Part shown: piece by piece, positions 44,649 through 53,812 of the stretch
Layout: the number at the start of each line of letters is the position of its first letter
Position numbering within the stretch: position 1 is the stretch's first letter
DNA from: an uncultured bacterium
GTDB lineage: Bacteria > Bacillota_I > Bacilli_A > RFN20 > CAG-826
Assembly: GCA_949299395.1 (NCBI GenBank)
Contig: CASGAB010000001.1
Span: 8,365-72,364, forward strand
DNA: 64,000 bases
Reading direction: 5' to 3'
Translations under genes and position numbers: made by a program
The notes under the pieces: generated by a model
Database searches by the model: none
Told to the model about the DNA's origin: nothing
Seen by the model: the letters and a program-made list of their open reading frames with translations, nothing else

Positions 44649-46819
44649 TGATCAAACTATTCAAAATTGCTGGAAAACGCCGGTATTTTATCCTTTTAGC
44701 TGTTGTAACTATTATTTTTCAATGTTGGTTTCAACTTAATCTCCCTGAATATATGGGAAATATTCAAACCATCCTTACTTGTAAAGAATTTGCACCAGCT
44801 TCACCAATTGAATTAATAAATCCTTTAAGTAAAGAAGTTATTACTATCTCAACTATGTTAACTCAGGATGAATTAACTTCTCTTATCTTAAATCAAGGTG
44901 GTTGGATGATACTTTGTTGCGTTATTATCCTTTCTTTAGCTGTTTGCCAATTCTTTGGTGCATCAAGTGTTGGTGCTTTTGTTGGTAAAGAATTAAGAAA
45001 AGAAATGTATGCAAAAGTTAATACATTATCTTTATCTGATTACAATAAATTTGGAACAGCTACTCTTATTACAAGAACTACCAACGATATCGAACAATTA
45101 AAAAACTATGTCATTATGTTTATCAGAATGATAGTTATGTCCCCAACTTATATGATTATTGGTTTAATTAAAACCTTAACATTGGAAAATCCAGGACCTC
45201 AACTTGCATCTGTTTCAGCAGTTACTATTCCTTTAATTTTAGGCATAATGATCATTATTTTCGTTTATGCAATGCCATTATTTAAACAAATGCAAACAAG
45301 AATTGATAACGTTACTGTTGTCTTAAGAGAAAACTTAACTGGCATTAGAGTTATTAGAGCTTACAATCAACAAAATACTGAGGCTCAAAAATTTGACACC
45401 GTTAATACAGATTTAAAGAAAACTTTAGTTAAAGCAGGAAGAATTATGTCTGTTGCTAATCCAACAATTCAAATTGTCTTTAACTTTGCATTTATTGCAA
45501 TTTATGCTGTTGGTTTCTTCCTTTTAACGGAACTTTCAGCTCAAAGTTTTAATGACTTAGTCTTATTAGCAAGTCAACAAGTTTCAATTATTGCTGTTGT
45601 TGCTCAATATTCAATGCAAATAATGAACTCTTTCTTAATGTTTGCAATGATTATTGCAATGATTCCTCAAGCAGCTGCTTCTTATAAGCGTGTTCTTGAA
45701 GTTTTAAATGTTGAAACATCAATTAACGACAAAGAAGCAAGAGAATATGCAGTTCAACAATATGAAGCTCATTTAAGTAGACTTGAATATAGATTTAAAG
45801 AAAATTATAAAACTACACATGATGGTCATGAATTCTCTTACTCATTATTAAAAGAAAGATATTCAAAAATGAATGAAGAAGAAAAAAATAACGACCCTCA
45901 ATATAAAGATTTCTTAGACTATGTTGCTATTAGAAAAGATAGAGAACATATCTTAAATTCGTTAACTGATGAATCGACTGAAGAATATATAAATATTATT
46001 AATAAAAGTATGCATCATTTAGATCAACATGGTGTTATTGAATTTAGAAACGTAACATTCACCTATCCAGACGCAAATACTCCAACAGTCATGAATATTT
46101 CATTTAAAACTAAACCCGGAACAACCACTGCAATTATTGGTTCAACAGGTAGTGGGAAATCCACATTAATCAACTTAATTCCTCGATTCTATGATGCAAC
46201 AAACGGCGAAGTTTTATTTGATGGAATAGATGTTAAAAAGTTCCCACAAAAGGTATTAAGAGATCATATTGGTTTTGTTCCTCAAAGTGCTGTTTTATTT
46301 ACCGGTTCTATTAAAGATAACATTCGTTATGGTAAAGAGGACGCTACTGAAGAAGAAATTAATGAAGCGTTAAGTGTTGCTCAAGCAGCAAACTTTGTTT
46401 CAAAACTTCCGGATAAACTCGATACTTTTGTTTCTCAAGGTGGTAAAAATTTCTCTGGCGGACAAAAACAAAGATTATCAATTGCTAGATGTTTAGTTAG
46501 AAAACCTGAAATTTATGTTTTCGACGATTCATTCTCAGCATTAGACTTTAAAACAGATGCCCAACTTAGAGCTGCATTAAAAAATTACACAAAAGATGCT
46601 TCAGTAATTGTTGTTGCTCAAAGAGTCTCTTCGATTATTGATGCTGATAATATTATCGTTTTAAATGAAGGCAAATGTGTTGGACAAGGAACACATGCTG
46701 AATTATTAAAAAACTGCCCAATTTATCAAGATATTGTTAAATCTCAACTTGATCCTGAAGAAGTTGAAAAAACTATTCGTCTTGTTCAAGAAGCTAGTTT
46801 GGAAGGAGGTATCAACTAA
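44648..46819 (+). CDS. ABC multidrug-type exporter, fused permease-ATPase subunit 1 of a heterodimer (LmrCD/BmrCD-like), with an extended linker insertion
   Basis: Six TM helices, then Walker A 'GSTGSGKSTL', signature 'FSGGQKQRLSIAR' and Walker B 'IYVFDDSFSALD'. About 110 extra residues lie between the TM domain and the nucleotide-binding domain. The start overlaps the tetR stop. Confidence 0.8.
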   Translation: MIKLFKIAGKRRYFILLAVVTIIFQCWFQLNLPEYMGNIQTILTCKEFAPASPIELINPLSKEVITISTMLTQDELTSLILNQGGWMILCCVIILSLAVCQFFGASSVGAFVGKELRKEMYAKVNTLSLSDYNKFGTATLITRTTNDIEQLKNYVIMFIRMIVMSPTYMIIGLIKTLTLENPGPQLASVSAVTIPLILGIMIIIFVYAMPLFKQMQTRIDNVTVVLRENLTGIRVIRAYNQQNTEAQKFDTVNTDLKKTLVKAGRIMSVANPTIQIVFNFAFIAIYAVGFFLLTELSAQSFNDLVLLASQQVSIIAVVAQYSMQIMNSFLMFAMIIAMIPQAAASYKRVLEVLNVETSINDKEAREYAVQQYEAHLSRLEYRFKENYKTTHDGHEFSYSLLKERYSKMNEEEKNNDPQYKDFLDYVAIRKDREHILNSLTDESTEEYINIINKSMHHLDQHGVIEFRNVTFTYPDANTPTVMNISFKTKPGTTTAIIGSTGSGKSTLINLIPRFYDATNGEVLFDGIDVKKFPQKVLRDHIGFVPQSAVLFTGSIKDNIRYGKEDATEEEINEALSVAQAANFVSKLPDKLDTFVSQGGKNFSGGQKQRLSIARCLVRKPEIYVFDDSFSALDFKTDAQLRAALKNYTKDASVIVVAQRVSSIIDADNIIVLNEGKCVGQGTHAELLKNCPIYQDIVKSQLDPEEVEKTIRLVQEASLEGGIN

Positions 46820-48642
46820 TGCCTAGAAAAGTTGAAGCTGGAAAGCCAAAAGAGTTTAGAAAGACTTTCAAAAGAATGCTAGGTGATTTTAAAAATCAAC
46901 GGCGTGCTATTGTTTTTATTATCATTCTTGCAATTGGTAGTGCAATTTTAAGTGTTGTTACTCCTAGTTTATTAAGAAATATTCTTGATAATCCATTTGA
47001 TTTATTTATTATTGATCCAATTAGTTCAACAATTTTGATGAATTGGTCTCAATTCGCAACAAAATTCGGAACTTTACTTGGATTATATGCGGCGGCTGCA
47101 CTCCTTGCTTGGTTAAGTGAATTCGCTGCAGTTAGTGTTAGTGCTCGCTATTCATATGACATGAGAGTAAAAATTCAAGATAAACTCGATCGTTTACCAC
47201 TTTCATATTTTGATAGAGTTCCTTATGGTGATACTTTATCAATTGGAACAAACGATGTTGATAATATCTCTAGAAACTTACAATCAATCATTACTCAAAT
47301 CTTCTCAGGAATTACATTATTCTTTGGTTCATTAGCCGCAATGTTAATTATTGATTGGCGAATTGCTCCTGTAGCATTTGCTTCACTTCCACTTTCATTC
47401 GTATTTATCATACTTATTTCAACTTTCTCAGGAAAATTATTCTCTTCCTATAGAAAGAATTTAGGTACATTAAATGGTCAAATTGAAGAAACTTATTCTG
47501 GTTATAAAATCATTAAATTATTTAACAAAGAAAAAGATGTTGAAGCAGAATTTGATAAAACTAACTTAAAAATGGAATCTAGTGATAGATTCTCTCAATT
47601 CTTATCAGGTTTAATCTTCCCAACAACATTCTTCGTCAATAACCTTGCTTATGTTGGTATTGCAGTTGTTGCTGGTATTGTTTCAACAGCTGGAACAATG
47701 ATTTCATTCTTCATTTACTTAAATTTATTCACTAGACCTCTTCAACAAATTGGTCAAATTGCAAATATTATCCAATCAGTCGTTGCTTCTGGTGAAAGAA
47801 TTTATGATTTATTAGAAGAACCTGAACAAGATCCAGATAAAGAAGGTGCAATTGATAATGAAGATTGCATCGAAGGTAACTTTGATTTCGAAAACGTAGA
47901 TTTCAGCTATACACCTGATAAACCATTAATCGAAGGCATGAATTTACATGTTAATAAAGGCGATATGGTTGCAATTGTCGGTCCTACTGGAGCTGGAAAA
48001 ACTACTTTAGTTAACTTAATTATGAGATTCTATGAAATCAATAGTGGAAAAATCTCATTAGATAATATTTCAACTCTCGACTATACAAGAAATTGTTTAA
48101 GAGGATCGGTTGGAATGGTTTTACAAGAAACTTGGTTATTTAAAGGAACAATTAGAGAAAATCTTCTTTATGGAAACCAAGATGCCACCGATGAAGAAAT
48201 TATTCAAGCATGTAAAGATGCTCATATTCATCACTTTATTGAAACATTACCTGGTGGATATAACTTCATGTTAAATGAAGATGGAAATAATATTTCTCAA
48301 GGTCAAAGACAATTATTAACTATCGCTAGAGCTATTATTTCAAAACCAAAAATTATGATTTTAGATGAAGCTACTTCTTCAGTTGATACCCGTACTGAAC
48401 AATTAATTCAAGATGCTTTAGACAAAATTATGCAAGGAAGAACATCTTTTGTTATTGCTCACCGTTTATCAACAATTAAAAATGCAAAAACAATTATTGT
48501 AATGAAAAAAGGTCACATCGTTGAAACCGGAAATCATCAAGAATTACTTGCAAAAGGCGGCTTCTATGCTGACTTATATAACGCTCAATTCGCTGGAGTT
48601 AACCCAATGGCTAAAGCCGATGAAGGTGTTTTAGAAAGTTAA
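46819..48642 (+). CDS. ABC multidrug-type exporter, fused permease-ATPase subunit 2
   Basis: Walker A 'GPTGAGKTT', signature 'ISQGQRQLLTIARA', Walker B 'IMILDEATSSVD'. The TAATG start overlaps the stop of subunit 1. Confidence 0.85.
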   Translation: MPRKVEAGKPKEFRKTFKRMLGDFKNQRRAIVFIIILAIGSAILSVVTPSLLRNILDNPFDLFIIDPISSTILMNWSQFATKFGTLLGLYAAAALLAWLSEFAAVSVSARYSYDMRVKIQDKLDRLPLSYFDRVPYGDTLSIGTNDVDNISRNLQSIITQIFSGITLFFGSLAAMLIIDWRIAPVAFASLPLSFVFIILISTFSGKLFSSYRKNLGTLNGQIEETYSGYKIIKLFNKEKDVEAEFDKTNLKMESSDRFSQFLSGLIFPTTFFVNNLAYVGIAVVAGIVSTAGTMISFFIYLNLFTRPLQQIGQIANIIQSVVASGERIYDLLEEPEQDPDKEGAIDNEDCIEGNFDFENVDFSYTPDKPLIEGMNLHVNKGDMVAIVGPTGAGKTTLVNLIMRFYEINSGKISLDNISTLDYTRNCLRGSVGMVLQETWLFKGTIRENLLYGNQDATDEEIIQACKDAHIHHFIETLPGGYNFMLNEDGNNISQGQRQLLTIARAIISKPKIMILDEATSSVDTRTEQLIQDALDKIMQGRTSFVIAHRLSTIKNAKTIIVMKKGHIVETGNHQELLAKGGFYADLYNAQFAGVNPMAKADEGVLES

Positions 48643-48652
48643 AAACTAAATT

Positions 48653-48687
48653 AACCGCGTTAAAATATGACGCGGTTTTTTATTTTA
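48653..48687 (+). terminator. Intrinsic terminator after the ABC exporter operon
   Basis: AACCGCGT-taaaatatg-ACGCGGTT followed by TTTTTTATTTT. Confidence 0.65.
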
Positions 48688-48762
48688 AGAATAATTAATT
48701 ATTCTTGTCTCTTTTTTCATCAAGTCTCATTCATTATAATTATTTTTAGTTATAGATTTTTT

Positions 48763-51700
48763 ATGGAAAACGAAGTTATTAATAACTCTCAAAAAGATAG
48801 TAACAAATATAAAAAAATAAAAAACATCTTCAAATATTTATCTTTGGGTGTTTTTATTATTGCTTCAATTGTTATTTTAATTGAATCAGCAATCCCTGGC
48901 GATATTAGTGCAGATCAATCTAACGATATTACCGATATTGTCGATGATAATATTAACAACAATTACGATAAAGATAACATTATCGATATTAAAGATATCG
49001 GCGTTACCTTTAATAATTCCGCCGTTAGTGTTGATAAAGAAAATAATGTTAATGTTAATGATGTTTTATCTTATGAAATCGGTTTTATTCCTGAAGATAC
49101 ATCTTTTAAAAATATAAAAATTGAAGCTTCTAATACTGAAATCGTTAAAATTGATGAAGTTTCAAAAACTATAACTTTCAATAAAGAAGGAAAAACCAAT
49201 ATTTCCTTTATTTCTACAGAAAATCAATATGACAAAGAAGAAACAGATAAAGATATTAAAAAGGTTTTTACTTTTGTTGTTAATGAAATAAAACTCCTAT
49301 CTTTTGATGTTTCTTTATCAAAAAATAATATTGATAAAGAAGACACTTTATATTTAACAAATAATGAAAAAATAAAATTAGATGTTTCCTATAATCCAGT
49401 TGATGCTACTTATAAAGAATTAACTTACTCTGATTACGATGAAAAATTAATTAGTGTTGATCCAATAAATAATGAAGTTAAAGTTAATGATTTAAGTAAA
49501 ACTTTAGGTGATTCTTATAAAGAAAATGAAGTTTACAAGACAAAACTTACTATTAAGAGTCAAAAATATCCTTCATTAAGTGAAACAATTAACATCAGCA
49601 TTTCTTCTTTATATCAAAATGAAATTAGAAATTTATCATTGGATAACTCACTTTCAAATCTCGAATTTTATCCATCAAATTCTAACAATTTATTAAAGAT
49701 CAATTATTCTTCATATTCTTCTTTTACTTCTTTTGATATCAATAAAGTAAAAATTAATATTAAAAACGATGAAGAAAATATTATTTCTTCTTATTTAGTT
49801 AAAGAAAACAACTTAAAAGAAAATTATTTTGTTATTGAATTTAAAATTAATGAAAATAAACTCAAAAATAATTCAAGCGTTTTAGTTGATATTTCATATT
49901 CAAACGGTTCCTTTAACCCTCGCCTTGAAAATATTAATGTTTCATTAAATCCACTTGTTAAACTATCTTCATCATTAATTAATACTGGTAGCACTCATCA
50001 AAATAGAAGAATGGATGTTTATAAGCTTAATAATTATGATGTTTTTTATAATGATTTAAATATTGATATTGCTTATAACGATTCAATTTCAAATAAACTT
50101 TATAAATATGATATTTCTAATGTTTCATATAACTTAGAAGATCCAAATTTATTTAAAGTTAAAAGTTTTAATTACGATAAATTAACTCTTTCAATCAACA
50201 AAGCCTATTTAAGTGATAATTTAAAAGATAATTATTATGTCGATGTTATTTATAATGAAAACAACGATATTTATCGCTTTAATATTGATTTTAATTATGT
50301 AAACGAATCTTTAAATAACCTTGATAATATCTATAAAGATTTAAAATTTAATTATTTAGAAAGAAACACTGCAAGTAAAAATATCTTAGTTGATGATTAT
50401 ACTTACGATAACATCTTAACTTTTAATAATGATTTATCTTCTTATTCAACAAAAGATATCGATAAATTCTTTAATTCTTATTTATTTAACAATGTTAATT
50501 ACACTGTTGTTAATAATGAAGAATTAACTAAAAACGGGGTCAGTATTTTATATAAAAATAATAAGATTAATGGTTTAAAAATTAATGACGTTTTTAATAA
50601 TGGAATCAATCTTTATCAAAATAAAAAAATCAATTTAACTTTGAGAAATAACTATTTTGATTATTTAAATATCTCAACATTTGATATAAAACTAGAAATT
50701 GATATTAAGCCTTTCTATAACCTTAATTATCGAGTTAATTTAGACAATGAAAATATTTATGATTCTTTAACTGGATTATCAAATTTATCGATAAATATCG
50801 AAAAAGCTCAATCTAAAAAGTTAGATTTTGTTATTTATTCTTCTTATTTAGTTAATAATAAATATGAAGTTTATAAAGAATATAATGATTCTTCTTTATA
50901 TAAGGTTGAAACTCCAGCTAACTTTGCTTCATATTTATATTTTGATATTAATAAAAACTTATTAAACGGCTTAAATGAAGGTGATACTTTTCTTATTTTC
51001 AAATCGAATATTGATAATAAAAGCATAAAAATAAATATTAATGTTAGTTATGTTCCTTTAATTTTATCTTTTGATAATTTAAAGATTTCTTTAATTAATG
51101 ATGCTGCAAATGATATTTATAACGTCGATAACACTAATATTAATAATGAAAATGTTTATAAAGTTGCATTAAATAATGATTTTAGAGTTGATATTGATTT
51201 AGTTAATAAAAATGAAGCATCTTCTTCTTTAATTGATTATCGAATTGCTGATGAAAGTATTGTTTCTTATATTTCGCTTTCAGCTAATGAATTTAAAGCA
51301 GTTAAACTTGGTAAAACCTCATTAACTATTTCTTCAAAAATTGATCCTTCAATTAATATTGTTAAAGAAATTGAAGTTGTTGATTCTACTTCTCCATTTA
51401 CTTTAAATATTGATGAACTTAAACCTTTAGCATCATCATTCAATAAAAAAGAAAGTCGTTATGATTTAACTTTAGATTATGCAAAATCTTATAAATTTAA
51501 CTTTGTTCATGAATATAAAAATGTAACTTCAACTATTTATAATTATGAATATTATGAATATAAAAATTCAGAAAATAAACTAGATGAAAATACGATAAAA
51601 TCCGACCTTTTAAGTATTGATTCATCTAATAATATGACTTTTAAAGATGTAGGAAAAGTAACTTTAAAAATCACAAACGGCGATAAAGAAAATTCAATTT

Positions 51701-52098
51701 CCACATATGATTTAATAATTGATTTAACTATTAAAAGAGATACTCGTTTTACTTTCCAAGAATTAGCTCATTTAGTTAGAAAAGGGCTAGGACATTTTGG
51801 TTTATTCCTTTTAACTGCATTAAGTGGATCAATCTTCCTCTTCTTTGCTTTTGAAAAATATTTATATCGCTATTTATCTTTAATAGGATATACAGTTACA
51901 GGATTTTTAATTGCTTTAGCTAGTGAAGGAATTCAAGCTTTAACTCCAGGAAGAGGTCCATCATTTAAAGACGTAATGATTGATACCGTTGGCTTTGTTG
52001 TTGGCGTAGGAATTATCCTTGTCACCTTTATAATTATTCATGTTGTTCAAATAATTCTAAATAAGAAAAAGAATAAAAATAACGATAATAATGATTAA
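48763..52098 (+). CDS. Giant N/D/K/Y-rich membrane-anchored surface protein with Big_2-like Ig modules and a C-terminal VanZ-like polytopic domain
   Basis: The start is placed at 'MENEV...' because the track ATG at 48667 lies inside the upstream terminator loop. N-terminal TM helix 'YLSLGVFIIASIVILIESAI'. A ~1000-aa low-complexity ectodomain. C-terminal 'SEGIQALTPGRGPSFKDVMIDTVGFVVG' matches the VanZ-family core. Confidence 0.5.
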   Translation: MENEVINNSQKDSNKYKKIKNIFKYLSLGVFIIASIVILIESAIPGDISADQSNDITDIVDDNINNNYDKDNIIDIKDIGVTFNNSAVSVDKENNVNVNDVLSYEIGFIPEDTSFKNIKIEASNTEIVKIDEVSKTITFNKEGKTNISFISTENQYDKEETDKDIKKVFTFVVNEIKLLSFDVSLSKNNIDKEDTLYLTNNEKIKLDVSYNPVDATYKELTYSDYDEKLISVDPINNEVKVNDLSKTLGDSYKENEVYKTKLTIKSQKYPSLSETINISISSLYQNEIRNLSLDNSLSNLEFYPSNSNNLLKINYSSYSSFTSFDINKVKINIKNDEENIISSYLVKENNLKENYFVIEFKINENKLKNNSSVLVDISYSNGSFNPRLENINVSLNPLVKLSSSLINTGSTHQNRRMDVYKLNNYDVFYNDLNIDIAYNDSISNKLYKYDISNVSYNLEDPNLFKVKSFNYDKLTLSINKAYLSDNLKDNYYVDVIYNENNDIYRFNIDFNYVNESLNNLDNIYKDLKFNYLERNTASKNILVDDYTYDNILTFNNDLSSYSTKDIDKFFNSYLFNNVNYTVVNNEELTKNGVSILYKNNKINGLKINDVFNNGINLYQNKKINLTLRNNYFDYLNISTFDIKLEIDIKPFYNLNYRVNLDNENIYDSLTGLSNLSINIEKAQSKKLDFVIYSSYLVNNKYEVYKEYNDSSLYKVETPANFASYLYFDINKNLLNGLNEGDTFLIFKSNIDNKSIKININVSYVPLILSFDNLKISLINDAANDIYNVDNTNINNENVYKVALNNDFRVDIDLVNKNEASSSLIDYRIADESIVSYISLSANEFKAVKLGKTSLTISSKIDPSINIVKEIEVVDSTSPFTLNIDELKPLASSFNKKESRYDLTLDYAKSYKFNFVHEYKNVTSTIYNYEYYEYKNSENKLDENTIKSDLLSIDSSNNMTFKDVGKVTLKITNGDKENSISTYDLIIDLTIKRDTRFTFQELAHLVRKGLGHFGLFLLTALSGSIFLFFAFEKYLYRYLSLIGYTVTGFLIALASEGIQALTPGRGPSFKDVMIDTVGFVVGVGIILVTFIIIHVVQIILNKKKNKNNDNND

Positions 52099-52102
52099 AT
52101 TT

Positions 52103-52140
52103 AAAAGCCATCCTTATTATAGGGATGGCTATTTTTTATT
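52103..52140. terminator. Bidirectional intrinsic terminator between the giant surface protein gene (+) and the FGGY kinase gene (-)
   Basis: AAAAGCCATCC-ttattatag-GGATGGCT-ATTTTTTATTT. Both strands have a flanking T-tract. Confidence 0.65.
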
Positions 52141-53701
52141 TATTATTAACTTTATGCATCTCTTCTAAATAATCAGATAAAGATGTATATGTTTTCTTTA
52201 ATTTTGGATAAATTGTTGAATAAACTTTTTTATAAAGATATTCATATTTTTTATTATCTTCTTTATTAGGTTTAAATATCTTTTCATATTTAACCATCGC
52301 TTTTTTAGCATCTTCTGGTCCATTAAATACTTTTAAAGCAATAAATTGAGCCATAGCACAGCCAAGTGAAGAAGCTTCATAATGTTCTGGTTTATAAACT
52401 GGAAGACCTAAAATATCTGCAGTAATTTGACAAATTGCATCACTTTTTGATCCGCCACCGCTAATTGTTACATATTTACAATTAACATGTGCTCTTTTTT
52501 GAATTGATAAGATACCTTCTTTTAAGGCATAACATAAGCCCTCAATAATAGCACGATAAATATGGTATTTATTATGAACATCATCATAGAAACCAATCAT
52601 TGAACCTTTGCCTAAAGGTTTATCAAGTTGAGGTCCCCAATATGGTTGAACAACAAGTCCATCGCTTCCTGGAGGTATATCTAAAACTTTTTGATTTAAG
52701 ACTTCTTCTGGAGCAATTTTTTCAATTGTTGCTTCGGTAACTTCTTCTTTCGCAAATTCTTTAGAGAACCAATTTAACATCCATGCTCCTCTATAAATTT
52801 GAACTTCAGAATTATAATAGCCTGGATAAGCACTTATATATGAAGGTAAAAATCTTACTGGTTCAACATATTTTTTACTAGCTAAGGAAATAGAACAACT
52901 CGTTCCAAAGCTTGCATGAGCTGCATCACTTTCAATTGCTCCAGCCCCTAAACCTTCACAAGATTTATCGTTTCCTGTTCCAATATATTGAAGTCCTTCA
53001 GGTAAACCAGTATCCACGTGGGAAGTTTCTGTTAAATGACCAATAACCCCACCGACTCCATAAATCTTTGGAAGCATTTTTGGATCGATTCCAAAAATAA
53101 TTCCTTTAATATGATTTTTACTATATGGTTTTCCCGTTTTAAAACAAACAGGTGCATGACCAATCATATTTGAAGCAGTATCACCTAAAACACCGAATAA
53201 TCTATAGTTTAAATATGAGTTTAAAGGCGCATAATAATGGGCTTTTTGCCAATTTTCTTTCTCATTTTCTTGAAGCCATAAAGCAGGTGTTCTTTTTCTA
53301 TTTAATCGAACAGTTTCACTCATTCCAACAATCCAAAAAGCAGCTGAATAAATAAAAGGGATTTTCTTTTCTAATTTAGCTTTTCTTTGATCTAACCAAA
53401 TAATTGCTGGACGAATAACCTTATAATCTTTATCTAAAAGTACATAAGTATCTCTAAAACATGTTGAAGAAATTGATGAACATTGATTGACTAAAGTCTT
53501 GTTTTTTCTTACTAATCTTTTTGCTGCTTTACACATCATTTCATAGTAATAATCAGGATTTTGTTCACAATATCCAGGTTTTATTGAGAAATATGGTGGG
53601 TTATATTTTTCTTGCTCGAAAGCTAGAAATTCACCCTTGTCATTAACAACGGAAACTCTAACAGATTGAGTTCCATAGTCTATACATAAAACACAACTCA
53701 T
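52136..53701 (-). CDS. FGGY-family carbohydrate kinase (xylulokinase/glycerol-kinase-like)
   Basis: N-terminal 'CVLCIDYGTQSVRVSVV' and C-terminal 'VTISGGGSKSDAICQITADILGLPVY' are the FGGY N- and C-domain signatures. Confidence 0.75.
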   Translation of the reverse strand: MSCVLCIDYGTQSVRVSVVNDKGEFLAFEQEKYNPPYFSIKPGYCEQNPDYYYEMMCKAAKRLVRKNKTLVNQCSSISSTCFRDTYVLLDKDYKVIRPAIIWLDQRKAKLEKKIPFIYSAAFWIVGMSETVRLNRKRTPALWLQENEKENWQKAHYYAPLNSYLNYRLFGVLGDTASNMIGHAPVCFKTGKPYSKNHIKGIIFGIDPKMLPKIYGVGGVIGHLTETSHVDTGLPEGLQYIGTGNDKSCEGLGAGAIESDAAHASFGTSCSISLASKKYVEPVRFLPSYISAYPGYYNSEVQIYRGAWMLNWFSKEFAKEEVTEATIEKIAPEEVLNQKVLDIPPGSDGLVVQPYWGPQLDKPLGKGSMIGFYDDVHNKYHIYRAIIEGLCYALKEGILSIQKRAHVNCKYVTISGGGSKSDAICQITADILGLPVYKPEHYEASSLGCAMAQFIALKVFNGPEDAKKAMVKYEKIFKPNKEDNKKYEYLYKKVYSTIYPKLKKTYTSLSDYLEEMHKVNNK

Positions 53702-53722
53702 ACGTTAATTATTATATTCTTT

Positions 53723-53761
53723 TTGATATTTATATCAAATCTCAATTAAAAATGTTATAAT
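53723..53761 (+). promoter_or_regulatory. ppdK promoter with an extended -10 (TGtTATAAT) and an upstream 16-bp inverted repeat TTGATATttATATCAA
   Basis: TG-n-TATAAT lies at 53753-53761. The palindrome at 53723-53738 occupies the -35 region. A Shine-Dalgarno AGGAGG lies about 11 nt before the ppdK ATG. Confidence 0.45.
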
Positions 53762-53812
53762 CACGTGGTAAGGTTTTGAACCAAACATTTTTTTAGGAGG
53801 AAATATAAGAAA

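Noticed and set aside
48667-48762. Track start codon at 48667 for the giant surface protein (N-terminal 'MTRFFILRIINYSCLFF...')
   Set aside because: The ATG at 48667 lies in the loop of the upstream terminator hairpin (AACCGCGT-taaaATGa-ACGCGGTT). The start at 48763 (MENEV...) avoids translating terminator sequence.
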